Positions 12,565 to 24,469 of a DNA stretch of 64,000 nt are shown here, in pieces; positions within the stretch are counted from its first letter, which is position 1, and each line of letters starts with the position of its first letter. The notes below the pieces were generated by a model. That model did not search any database. It saw only the letters and a program-made list of their open reading frames with translations, and had not been told where the DNA came from. The DNA is taken from NCBI GenBank assembly GCA_013239625.1, contig MU053994.1, positions 2,423,589-2,487,588 on the forward strand, given 5' to 3'. Position numbers and translations under genes: made by a program. This DNA comes from Lama guanicoe (Eukaryota).

Positions 12565-12862
12565 ATCCAAGATGGCGCCGTAAGAAGATCCTGCGCTCAC
12601 TTCCTCCCTCAGACACACCGAATCTGCAGCTACATATAGAACCATTTCCTCTGAAAACTGGCTGAGCAGCTCCTTCATGTCAGCCAATGAGAAGAGAGCC
12701 CCATCAAGGTGGGACGGAGAGGCAGAGACATGGTCTCACCATAAACCCCACCCTGGCACGGCGACCCACAATCGGGAGGGAACTCACATGCCCAGAACGT
12801 CTCCCCCTGAGGAGTGAAGGGTTTAAACCCCACATCGGGAACCCCAAGTTTTAAGACCTGTT
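12565..12862 (+). mobile_element. Isolated L1 5'UTR fragment
   Basis: Begins AAGATGGCG (YY1 motif); collinear similarity to the 5' end of the L1 at about 53110-53410 (gctcacttcctcc...acac...; ccctgaggagtga...ccacatcggg). Confidence 0.65.
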
Positions 12863-12959
12863 CCCACCTCTGCATTCCGGATGCTGCCCTGCTCTGATCC
12901 TTCTTCAGGGAAACACTGATGTGTTTTCCTGAACAAAAGCACCAGCCTTAGTGACTGAT

Positions 12960-13120
12960 ACGTGATCTTATTTAATCCTCTGACAGCCTTGTGAGCTGAG
13001 AACTGCTAACACCCATTTCCTAGCTGACTAGATAATGGCATAAAGAAATTGTCACAAAGCCCGTTAGTCATGAAGCTGAGATTCGAGCCCAGCTCTGTCC
13101 ACCTGCTCCTAACCACTACC
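12960..13120 (-). mobile_element. MIR SINE
   Basis: atttaatcctctgacagccttgtgag...ctgagattcgagcccag...aaccactac. Confidence 0.6.
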
Positions 13121-13224
13121 CCGCATTGGCTTCACATACGAGAAATTATTTTAAAAGAGACCACAATTTCTGTGCCTGACTCTCTGAGTGACCCTGCTCT
13201 AGGTTCGGCTACAAACTACTGCTT

Positions 13225-13790
13225 CTACCATTATGGAAAATAGCATGGAGGTTTCTCAAAAATTAAACGTAGAACTACCGTATGATCCAGCAACCCCACT
13301 TTGGAGGGGGATGCAATCCAAGTGTCCATCAATGGCTGAATGGATAAACAAAATGTGCTCTATCCATACAATGGGATATTACTTGGACAAGTTCCTGAAG
13401 TCCATCCTTAGGACGGAAATTCTGACATGCGCTACCACATAGATGGGCCCTGAGGACATGATGCTACGTAAAGTCAATCAGTCACAAAAAGACAAATACT
13501 GCATGATTCCCCTTATGTGAGGTCCCCAGAATAGTCAAATTCATAGAGACAGAAAGTAGAAAGGTGGTTGTCAGGGGCTGGGGGAGGAAGAAAAGGGGAG
13601 TCATTGTTCAATGAGCACAGAGTTTCAGTTTTGCAAGATGAAAAAGTTCTGGAGGTCTGGGGCACAGCGATGTGAATAGATTTAACGCTACTGAATTGTA
13701 TGCTTCAAAATGGTTGACATCCAATTTTATATTATGTGGCTTTTACTACAATGAAAAACTTCTAAAAATTAAAAATTAAAAAAAAAACAA
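13225..13790 (+). mobile_element. L1 3' end (L1MB-like)
   Basis: MENSMEVSQKLNVELPYDPATPL remnant; agtcaaattcatagagacagaaagtag; A tail. Confidence 0.85.
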
Positions 13791-14216
13791 TTTTAAGCAC
13801 TGTTGCTTCTCAAAGGCTCCACGCTTCACCCACTCTCTGACCTTGCATGATTATTTTGAAATCTCTGCAGAACACAAATCCTGGACTGGTAGATCTGACT
13901 CCTCCTGGGAAAGTGCTAAAGCTTACTCAGGTTCCCGCCAAGCAAGGTTTCTTTACCCCTGCTCTGCCCAACTGGGCCAAGTTCAGAGACTTGTAACACT
14001 TTGGGGTTGCCAGGACCCTCTTTAGAATCTGATAGAAGCTGCCACACTCTCCCCACCTCCACACCCCAAACACACATGTGCATTGACATCAATCATTTTC
14101 CTTATGAGTCAGAGGATGCCTGGATATCCTGGGGCCTCTCCGTGGACTTCCAAAGACCCCAGAATGAGATTCCCTGTGTCAAATCACAGAACTTCCTCTG
14201 ATTGGCTCAAAGATTT

Positions 14217-14692
14217 TGTTACCGGAGAGTAGGTTCTTGTCTTGCACAGGAAAGAATTCAAGAGCGAGGCATAGTAAAGTGAAAGCAAGTTTATTTAGAG
14301 AGATACACGTTCCACAGACAAAATGCAGTCTGTCTCAGAAGGGAGAGTGGCCTGAGGTGTGGGGGTGGTTGGTTTTTATGGGCTGGGTAATTTCATGTGA
14401 TGATAATTGGGAGGATCATTCCAACTGTTTGGGGGAAGACATGGGGATTTTCAGGAATTGGGCCCCCACCCACTTTTTGGCCTTTTATGGTCAGCCTGAG
14501 AACTGTCATGGTGCCTGTGGGTGTGTCATTTAGCATGCTCATGTGTTATAGTGAGCATATAATGAGGCTCAAGTTCTACTGGAAGTTGAATCTTCTGCCA
14601 TCTTGGGGCTAGTTGGTTCTAACCAGTTTATGTCCTCAACAGCTATGTCATTCTTTTAATGGTTGTGCCCTGCCCCCCTCCCTCCTGTCTCA
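14217..14692 (-). mobile_element. ERV1-class solo LTR
   Basis: TG...CA termini with a 4-bp TSD, attt at 14213-14216 and 14693-14696; gtttatt is an antisense poly(A) signal. Confidence 0.8.
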
Positions 14693-15439
14693 ATTTCATT
14701 GTTAGTCATTTGCCTTCCCTCTCAGCCAAATCAAGGAAAGGGAGAGGTTCTTGTAAAAAGATCACATGTGGTACCTCATCCTACCAGAATGGTATTGTAT
14801 TATCTGTAAGACAATTCACTGTAAAACCTCTCTATATTTACAGGGTTGTGTGTGTGTGTGTGTACGTGTGTGTACCTACCCCAGGGGCGGTTAATTAGCA
14901 TTTGGAAGAACCTAATCAAGAACCCACACTCTAGAAGTAGTTACTCAAGTACTTCAAATATCCATATCTAAATCCACACCAGAGGGTCCCTTAATTAGCA
15001 TAGGTATCTTGGAAATATTAAGCTATATGGTTTAAGATTACAGGCTTTTGGCACCCCCAGCACAACACTCTAATCTGGAGTTCTGTCTGGCCCCCTACCA
15101 TCTCTCCATCTTCAGAGGACTGTGGTGCCTGATCCTTTCAGAAGTTTGTCTGTCCCCACCAAGAGAATATCACTGCCTCTCCCTCAGAGCAAACCCTAGC
15201 TGCAGAGTGCCTATCAGAGTGCTTGAGGACAGAGTGAGGTATTACCAGGCCTGCAGGAACAGGTTACAGCACCGTCCTTGTACCTGCTTTGCAATAAATG
15301 ATCATACAGCTGGTCGAATTCCACCTGAAGTTTGCTCCCATTCTATTAGGCCACGTGGCAGTGAGTGGTGAGGAAGGACAGGTAGAGCCCCAGCCTATTT
15401 TCCTGGCACAGGATCAGCTCAGGGATGCCCACCAGGGAT

Positions 15440-15825
15440 GTCGAAGTCGGATGAGACTTTGCTGTATTCAGGAATTAAACTGTATTGTTTGGATTCAGTT
15501 TCTCTCTCTACCTCCTCCTGGCCCTGGCTTCAGTCTTAGGCTCCCTACTGATGGCAAGATGGCAGCAGCATCTCCTCATATTTGCTCTGGTACAAGTTTG
15601 GCATGGAAAGTAAAGAGGATGTTTTCCTGAAAGCTGTAACCAAAGTCCCCAGAGGAGTCTGATTGCCATTTTGGCCTGACTTGCATCAGGTGACCATCCC
15701 TGATGCAATCACTGGTGCTGAGGGTGGGGGAGATGTTCTGATAGGCTGGGCGTGAGTCACTTGTCACTTCAGGCAGGTGTCAGCTCCACCTGAACTACAT
15801 GGTTTGAAAGTAGTTAGGGGTGAGT
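15440..15825 (-). mobile_element. MLT1K-like LTR
   Basis: atggcaagatggcagcagca; tctgattg...aggtgaccatccctga...ttctgataggctggg. Confidence 0.5.
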
Positions 15826-16322
15826 GGTGGGTGACGGTGGCCCACAAATTCTTTGCCACTCCTCCCATTGAGAGGTAGAGTCCATTTCCCTTCCCGTTGA
15901 ATCTAGTTCAGCCTTATGCCTTGTTTTGACCCCAAAAGTATGGTAGACATGACACAGTGTAAATTTCAAGGCTGGGCCTTAAGAAATCTATGGATTCTGC
16001 TTTTGCGTGCCTGAAACACACCATCACAGAATGCTGTAAAGAAACCCAAGCAGCCATGTGGAGAGGCCCATGTTGGGGAGAATCTTAGAGCCCTGGCCAA
16101 TACCTGGTCTCCTAGCCAGCACCCAGCACTACCTGCCAGCTGTGTAGGTAGAGCCATCTCAGACAGTCCAGACCAGCTGGGCCTCTAGACACCACAAGGA
16201 GCAGAAGAATCACTCAGCTGAGCCTAGTCAACTCACAGACCCGTGAGGAGTAATGAGCAGTTATTGTTTGAAGTCATGGAGTTTGGGGGCAGTTTGTTAC
16301 ACAGCCATAGATAGCTGATACA
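15826..16322 (+). mobile_element. MLT1F/G-like LTR
   Basis: cccacaaattctttgccactcctcccattgagagg...tttgttacacagccatagatagctgataca. Confidence 0.75.
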
Positions 16323-16329
16323 GAGTGGC

Positions 16330-17257
16330 TCCCCAGACGAAAATCAGAAGGTTGCCCTGGAAATTAAATGAGTGAATGCTAGATGGACAACACACAGGAG
16401 TCCGCCACAACCACCTACTCTGTGTAGTCAACTCTGCCTGGCCACTGATGGGCTCTGGAAGACATGGAATTTTCTGTAGCAGCATTCCAGTGTCCACTCA
16501 CCAGTTACATGAGTGTCCAGGTACAGCTGCTACAGCAGCAGACGCAGTTTCCTGATTCCAAGCTCACAGCTCCAGCAATGGGTTTTTAAACACAGCTGCT
16601 CCATTGGTGGCTCCTGGCCTTCCCGTATGTGGCAAAGATGGTGGCTCCCCAGGCAGGTCAGTATTACAGGATTCTGCGAGTCATTTCTGGAGACCTGGCC
16701 TAGAGTTTTCACAACAGCCCTTCTGTAATGGATTGGATGGTGGCCTCCCAAAAGCCATGTCCATGCCCTAATGCCTGGAACCTGTACATGGGAACTTATT
16801 TGGCAAATGAAGCTTTATAGATGTAATGAAGTTAACAATCTTGAGATGAGATCATCTTGGATTACCTAGCTGGGCCCTAAGTTCAATGATAGGTGTCCTT
16901 ATAACAGACAGAAGGGATAAAACACAGAGGGGAGAAGGCCATGTGAAGACAGGCAGAGATGAAAGGGTTGCAGCTACAAAGAATGCCGGCAGCCACCAGA
17001 AGCTGGAAGAGGCAACGATTCTTCCCTAGAGCCTCCAGAGGGAGCATGGCCTGACCTTGATTTCAGACTTCTGGCTTCCAGAATCCACATCTGTTGTTTT
17101 AAACCACCCAGTCTGTGGATGTTTGTTATGGTGGCTTCAGGGAACAAATAAACCTTCCAGTGATTCTGTTAAGCACTGGCTTCCCTGAATTAAATCCCTT
17201 TCTACTTAAAGTACCTAGAGTAGTTTCTGTTCCTTGCACTGAGCCCTGAGTGGTACA
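16330..17257 (+). mobile_element. Old ERVL-type LTR split by an MLT1
   Basis: 3' end attaaatccctttctacttaaagtacctagagtagtttctgttccttgcactgagccctga; left boundary uncertain. Confidence 0.5.
16724..17152 (+). mobile_element. MLT1B/C LTR
   Basis: tgtaatggattggatggtggcctccc...ccaccagaagctggaagaggcaa...; 5-bp TSD ccttc at 16719-16723 and 17153-17157. Confidence 0.85.
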
Positions 17258-17788
17258 GCTCCTTTCCTGTCCTGGCAATGGAAGAGCAAGGAATCCAAAT
17301 GCATATGGTGAGTAGGACCCAGGGACAATCTTAAATTGGGGGCTTACAAAATGGTACCATCCGTGGTTCTGCCGTCAGCCTCACAGGCAGGTGCATTGCT
17401 ACCAGTTCGGCAGAAGCATTGATCCTGATAGAGTCTTCTTATTGCTAGCGCGGCAGCGAGAGTTTATTTTCCCTTTAAATTATTCTGCTGCCAGCCTTCC
17501 TGCTCACCTCTGCTGAGAGCCCACGACCTCTGCAGTACGGGAACACAGAGCCAGACGGAGCCCAGCGATGCCTACCCCTCTTTCCTTTATCCCATGGAGT
17601 CCAGAAAGAGCTGGCAGCCACCAGAATAAGATCAAGAGTCTTTATCCCAATACCAGTAAGAGGCTCCATCCACAGTCACTTCCTAAAGAGCATGTTGTCT
17701 TGCTCTGCTTTCTTTGTCCAGACCAGAACTCTCCATTTCGCCAAGATGTGTGCACGTGGATGTCTCTGAATCCGCGTGTCCGTGCTTC

Positions 17789-17919
17789 CGTGTGTGTGTG
17801 TGTGTGTGCGTACATTTCTGAGAGTTTGTATTTCTGTTTGGTGTTTGGATGTGTGTGTGTGTATTTGTGCGTGTGTATTTATATATGTGTGTATATGTAC
17901 CTGTGTATATATGTGTGTG
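17789..17919. repeat. (TG)n / TG-rich low-complexity tract
   Basis: Visible GT dinucleotide runs. Confidence 0.85.
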
Positions 17920-18270
17920 GTTTTTAAAAAAACTATTGAAGTATAGTCGATTTACAATGTTAGTTTTAGGTATACAGCAAGAGCAATTCAGTTATACATA
18001 TACATACATATATTTTTTTTCAGATTCTTTCCCATTACAGCTTATTACAAGAAATCGAATTAGTTCCCCATGTTATTTATCTATTTTATATATAGTATAT
18101 TTTATCTAGTTTTTATATAGTAATGTGTATCTATTAACTCCAAATGCCTAATCTCCGCCCCACCCCCAACCCCCCGCTTTCCCCCCTGGTGACCACAGTT
18201 TGTTTTCTATGTCTGTGAGTTTATTTCTGGTTTGTAAATAAAACTTGCATTTTTTTTTCTTAAGACTCCT
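17920..18270 (-). mobile_element. L1 3' UTR fragment (laurasiatherian type)
   Basis: ttgaagtatagtcgatttacaatg...tttgttttctatgtctgtgag. Confidence 0.85.
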
Positions 18271-19519
18271 GTATGTGTGTGTATTTATATGTGTGTGTGC
18301 TTACATGTGTGTGGATAGGGTGTGTCAGAAGAAGTGAACTGTTCATACCATAAACCTGAGCTATTTTCATAAATAAGAGGCTGGAGATGGTGTCTCGTTG
18401 CGCCTTACCACTGTGCTGTTAAAATGACATTGTATGGAAGAATTGTTTCGTTCAGCAGGCGTAACCACGTAAACCAGGATGGGTGAATTCTGCTCCATGG
18501 ATACCCGGGTGGGATCTGCTTTGTCCGTGGCGTTCCTAAGTGGCCTTTGTGTTGGGGATCACAACAAAAACCATACAGTTCTCTGCTGGTAAAGGCGACA
18601 TCACTATAATGCTTCTCGGTAAATTCCCTGTGGCGCCTGTGTTGGTGGTTATTTATTAAGGACGCGTGTTGCACCTGGAGCTGTTCTAGCCTCTGGCTTT
18701 GCTGACAGGGTCCATCCCCATCTGGGCCCTCAGGAAGCTCTTGACCTGACATGGTGCAATCGACACTCAGCAAAGCAGGGGACAGGGAGTCCTGAAGCTG
18801 CTGGTGGCTCAGGCCAGCTCTGTCCCTCTTACCTTGAGCCCAGGTCTTTGGAAATGGGTCTTCCCGACCAAGCCCTCGCCTCGGATGTGGGCTCCCCAAG
18901 TTGGAATTCTGCTTCCGTGCCACTTGCTTCATCCCCTGGCTACTACCAAAGGGACCAGAGGGCCACCGCGATTTCGGCACGCCTTCAGAATCCTCACTCT
19001 GAATTCCCCTCGTGGGGTCTGGGACTCTGCTGCCACCCACCCTTCTACATCCTCCATTGGCCAGGCCACGCTGGGCCCCTGACACCTGCCCGGCTGGCTA
19101 TCCCAGTATTTGTCGCTGCTGCTGCCGAGGCTGAAGTGCCTGGCGCTTGGGGTCTGGCCAAGCACACCGTCCCATCTGGATATTCCCCAGCCCTGGTTCC
19201 GACAGCTGCTTTGGCAGACAGCCCATATCAAACTTCAGCCTTCAGATCCCTTCAAACCTCTGCCCACTAGCCAGAGTGCTCCCCAAAGGGCAGTGTTGCC
19301 TGGAAACCATTGCCACCACACCAAGCATCGCCCAGGGCTAGGTGAATGCTGCGACCCTGGGACTCAGCCAGGCGATGCAGCAAAGCTAGCGTTTCCAAGT
19401 AGGCCCAGAGCAAAAAAGGTGACGACTGGAAGCCAAGGGATGGGGTGGGGGCTGAGGAAGGTGGGAGGAGGACAGCTGGAGCACTCATGGCACCCAGTCC
19501 TCCAGAACCTCACCTCCTC

Positions 19520-19633
19520 GGGGGGAGGGTAATAGCTCAGTGTTAAAGTGCATGCTCAGCATGCATGAGGTCCTGAGTTCAATCCCCAGTACCTCTATTT
19601 TTTTTTAAATGCAAAAAAAAAAAAAGCAAAAAA
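19520..19633 (+). mobile_element. Vic-1-type SINE, short form
   Basis: gggggagggtaatagctcagtg...gttcaatccccagtacctc plus A tail; TSD agaacctcacctcct/agaacctcgccttct. Confidence 0.9.
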
Positions 19634-19674
19634 AGAACCTCGCCTTCTGGAGAGGATAATTAGTGGTGATGCTA

Positions 19675-19830
19675 TCAGTTTTTGAGCACTCACTGTGTAC
19701 TAGGTTAGGTGCTGGATGTGCGTCTTTGCACCAGGAGTCACAACAGCATGGATTATTCCTGCCTGTTAAGTGAGGAAACTGAGAAACACAGCTTGAGGGA
19801 TCTGCCCACAGGTAGGAAATGCGGTCTGAT
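19675..19830 (-). mobile_element. MIR SINE
   Basis: ttgagcactcactgtgt...gtgaggaaactgag. Confidence 0.6.
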
Positions 19831-21049
19831 TCCTGTGGGTGCCCTTGGGCCACCGCAGCTGATGCTCAGCTATGGATTTATCAGACCTACTGCTGGCCAG
19901 GGTCCCCTGCTCGAGTCTGGTCAAGTCTGGAGCTTGGCAACAAGTACAACCAGTTCTGTCCCTCCTCCAACCCTCGGTTCTGTCTCTGCTCGGTGATGCC
20001 TGGGCTCCGGCCCCTTCTTCCCTCTCGCTTTGAGGCTCAGAGCATGATGGTTGCCATCAGGGCCAGGGCTCCAGCAGCTTCTGTGCTGATTCCTCTGCCA
20101 TTCATCACAAGGGCTCTCTTGGATGACTGCGTTGAGAAACAAATGTTTTTCCCCTTTAGTAAATCATGTGAAACATCACACACGGGGACAGCTGGTTAGA
20201 ACACAAGCTACTACTTTTCTCCAAGGTGACGATATCAAAGGCACAAAATGTTCACAGGGCTGCGCATGGGCAGTGCCCAGCCTGCCAGCTCAGCACATCT
20301 TGGCTTCCCTCCCTGCACCCCTCTACCTTGGGCTCCCAGCCAGCTGGGCACTGTGTCTCCCTCCCCAATCCTTGAGGAAACAAGGTCATCTTTCTGGCCA
20401 GTTACCTGGACACAAGGCAGGCTTGGCAGAGACAGCTCCTCCAGGTGCCTCCCCAAGAGCTCAACTTGATTGGCCTCTTTGGTTCTTGAAACCAGAAATC
20501 TCACCAACATGGCTCCTGCATCAGAGCAGGGAAGCAGGGGGACAGTGGTGTACAAAGCAACATTGGGCGGCAGATTAATCGTGCTATTGGACCCTTATAG
20601 CCTCTGCTCTTTGGGATGCTTTTTCTTCTGTCTTCAAGCTCCTAGACCTGGGCTCCCATCCTTTGAAAAACGACTCTTAGGAATAAATTTCGTGTTAGTC
20701 ATTTACACCTTAGTATGAATTTAAGTCAGTTAAGTAATTCTCAGGAGGATTTGCATTTAAATATTTCTGGAAGGAAATCGTTCTGCAATGAGAGATTTGT
20801 CCTCATTAAAGGGATTTTGACTCATAATCTCATAAGGCAGAAAGATATTGGTCAGGGGATGGGGTATGATGCTTCTGTAGACTGGAAATCCTGCAACTTT
20901 ATCCACTGGTTCTGTTTCCAAACTAACTTAGGTCGACTTCTTCCCTCTGTGCTCTCTTACCCTCTCCAAACTGAAGCTGATCCTGGGGTTTCAGAGGTTT
21001 TGTTGACTCATCTAAGAATCATAAGATTTCAGGTCTTGGAGATCAAATA

Positions 21050-21160
21050 ATGCAGGTTTCTAGATGAAGAAACAGACACTCAGAGGGAGAAATGAGATGC
21101 CCAAGATCCCATAGCAAGTTAGAGCAAAGCTGGGACCGGACCCCACATTTCCTGGCTCCT
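21050..21160 (-). mobile_element. MIR fragment
   Basis: agatgaagaaacagacactcagaggga...cccaagatcccatagc. Confidence 0.55.
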
Positions 21161-21734
21161 AGCGATGTCTCTTGCACCAAGATCCAGAAATACCTTTTAA
21201 TCAAATGCCGGCACTGTTTGCAGAGTGAAGTCGGGGCAGAAGCTCTCTGCTTTGCTGAACCACAGAGTATGGGCCTGTACCAGGGGTCTGGCCCTTCCAG
21301 GGTTGATGACACCGGCAGCTTTGGTGCAACTTGGGTGGAGTGTTCCTAGAAGCATTCGGTCTAGAAAAGGAGGCAGAGAGATCTCTCCTTATGGCTACAG
21401 GGGCTGCAAGGTGTAGAGGCGGGACAGATCTGAGCAGAGCTCAATATTTTCACTGTCCAAACACCTCTCCTGAATTTTGCAACAAGGGGCTTTAGTTCTG
21501 TTTTCCAGGTAGCCCGGAGTCCCTCGTACAGCTAAAGCAGAGCCACTCTCGGCCGTAGCCACCAGGGTATGTCACATCCTCCTCACCAGCCAGCACAAGG
21601 CCCCCTCATCTATTTGAGATCAGCCTTGGCCTAAATTTGCTCTGAATTTATCCCAGAAGTATAGGCCAAAGGCCGAGGACCAGAGTCAGTAAGTGGTCAA
21701 GTGGATTAACAGACCCTGGAAACAGATTATCTGT

Positions 21735-21945
21735 GTTCAAATCTCCCCTCTGCCACCTCCCAGCTCTGTGTCTTTGGGCTGTCTTCCTAACCTCTCCATG
21801 CCTCAGCCTCCTCATTTGGCAAGTAGGGATCATTCTGGCACCTGCCTCCTGGGTTGTCATGATAGTTCAATGGAATCGATACGTGGAAAACACTTAGACC
21901 CGAAACGCTTAGAACAGTGCCTACACATAGTAAGTGCTCACTTAA
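21735..21945 (+). mobile_element. MIR SINE
   Basis: gttcaaatc...cttcctaacctctccatgcctcag...cttagaacagtgcctacacatagtaagtgctca. Confidence 0.75.
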
Positions 21946-22994
21946 ACTTACCCATCATGTCTTTGGTGCCTCCTCTCAGAACCACCCACGTGTCTCTTCA
22001 CCTCTCCCCCTGAAACTAAGGACTCCGAGATTTGGTTTAAAAGGGAATGGGGTAAATTAAAAGGAACCTGTGTGGAAATTTCTGAGATTTATCTGAAAAA
22101 TTGAAATATACTCACCATACCCAGTTTCTCCTGACATCAGGCTAAACCAAACCAAGAAAACATAAGATAAACAAGTCCTGGCGTGATGTGGACAGAGACA
22201 GAGAGAGGGAGAAGCAGGTGGAGTGTGGGGTCCTCCCCTGCCCCTGCTTGAAATTAACACTTTTCTACGTCAGGCCGTTATTCTATAATCACTTTTTCAC
22301 ATGGTCTTTGTTTCTAGTGTCCAGGTTAGTGCTGAGAAACAAAGTAATGAGGAATAGAAAGTGGAATGCTCTGAGGGAGCCAATGCTACATAAATATTTT
22401 CACTTCCAAACAAATTTGAATTCTGTGCACACTACTGCCTTCATTCTCGCCTCTTACACTGTGGAGCACTAAATCTGGGTAGCTCTGAGTTGGCCACCAG
22501 CGTGATCCGGAACCATCACATCTTCCCCTTCTACAGGCTGGATATTGATTGTCAGGGATAGCTGGGAAACCACTGTGTGGAAGCTGCTGTCCAGGCTGCT
22601 TTGGGAGCCCCAGTGGCCACAGTTTGGTGTTTATGGGCTCAGGGCAGATTGAACAGCCAGCTGTCTGAAGCAGGGAAGGCCCTTGGCTGAAAAATATATC
22701 CCCTACTGTCCTGTGGTAAATGCTTGAAATTCCACCATTAGCAATGCATTCCTTTGGTTATGTCACACCATTCTCAGGCCACAATTTTCCCGTAAAAATT
22801 TCCCTCAGGAGGGTAACACGTGAAGACCCTGACACTTATGATGAAAGAGTGTTTCGGATCTTTCCGGAGAGAGGAGGGGAACACTGGCTGTCTTGCTGGT
22901 GGGAGAGCAGCCAGGGACAGGGGAGGAGTATGGAAGAAGGAATGGGACATGAGAGGCTGAGGGCAAACTTGGACAGCTGGACCATTATGACACT

Positions 22995-23480
22995 TTTAAA
23001 GTATGGCACTTTTAAAATATGACCTCAAGTCTTTGACACTCCATCCAATAAGAGGTGGGGTTTATGGCTTCTCCCCTTGAGCCTGAGTGGGCTTATGACT
23101 GCTTCAACCAGTAGAGGGCGCTGAAGCATCCGATGTAACCTCTGAGGCTTTACAGTCATAAAAGGCCACGTAACTTCCTCCTGGTTCTCTGGACCACTCC
23201 CTCTTGGGCCCCAGGGTTATAATGTGAGAAGTCCAACTATCGAGGCTACGTGCTAGAAAGCTCACTCTGAGTCCAGCCAGCCAACCAGCTCTGCCAAGGT
23301 TCTAGATGTGTGAGGGAAGCCGCCAGAACAATCCATCTTGCCAGCTGAACAACGCTGAGAGACCTCCCTCCATGCCTCCGGAAGCAGGGGAGTTGTGCAA
23401 ACACCGCCTGAATTCCCGACCTATGAAATCGTAAAATATAAGGAGTCGGTTTTAAGCCACTCAGGACTGTGGTAGTTTCT
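22995..23480 (+). mobile_element. MLT1F/G-like LTR
   Basis: ctttgacactccatccaataagaggtgggg...ggttttaagccact. Confidence 0.7.
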
Positions 23481-23899
23481 CATGGAGAAGGAGCCGACCG
23501 GAACAGCTGGGCTCCAGGAACTGGACTGACAAGAGTCAGCCTCGCAGATGGCTGATGTCCATGCTTCTGGGAAAGGCGGCCAGAGGGGTGGGGCTGGACT
23601 CCCCCATAGAACAGCCTGACCCAGCAGAAACCAACTACCTCAGGTCCCTGGAAAGAATTCCAGGCCCACACAGGCAGGGGCCTGCGCCTTCCAGTCCAGG
23701 ACAGGCCATTTACCTGCTGGAATATAGAACCCACCGCACATCCAGGGTTGGGAGCAGAAGACTTCGGGGAGTCCTGCCCGCCCTCCTTTATAGATGACAA
23801 CAGTGACTGTCCAAGATGCGAGGCAACCCGCAGCTTCCCTGGAGTCCATGACAGGACCTCTTCAGACCCCTGGAGGAACAATGTGAGGTGTGAAGGGAG

Positions 23900-24075
23900 A
23901 AGCACAGGCATGGGCTCTGAAGCCAGAAAGGCCTGGGTTCGAGACCTGGCTCCTTCACCTCTTGGCTTTAGTCAAATGACTCAGTTTCCTCCCATGTGAA
24001 ATGGGGACCACAGATCCCTGCTCACAGGACTAATGGGAGAGTTACATGAGATGGCATGGGGGCAGCCCTGGCACA
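23900..24075 (+). mobile_element. MIR SINE
   Basis: gcctgggttcgagacctggctcc...ctcagtttcctcccatgtgaaatgggga. Confidence 0.65.
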
Positions 24076-24469
24076 TACGGGAAACACCTTCCCCTGGTCT
24101 CTTCCCTCCCCCTCTGCGGCCCTGTCACCTCACCACGCAGCCCCACCCCCACCCCAGCCAGAGAGTGTCCTCAGGCTCCCTTCTCACCCTTCCTCACTCT
24201 CTGGCCTCCTCGCTTTGGTGGGCAGGCAGAATGGAGATCCCTGGGGAGGGGCCACCCCCTTCTGAGTGCTCCTCTGGGGTCCACAAGCCTCACCTTGCTC
24301 ACCCCTGAGCCCAGACTGGCTCTGTCAGAGTGCCCTCTTATCAAGAGAGCCGCAGGGTACAGGTGTCTTATTTGCAAAATCGGCCCCCAGCTTTTCCATT
24401 TCTGCCCCGGGCGACCTCTGAAACAGCTTAAGACTAGGACAGGAACTAGAGCAAAGCCATCAGAAGTCC

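Noticed and set aside
18405..19085. Longest ORF in the window (226 aa) as a gene
   Set aside because: No recognisable domain; overlapping ORFs occur in several frames, as expected in GC-rich DNA.
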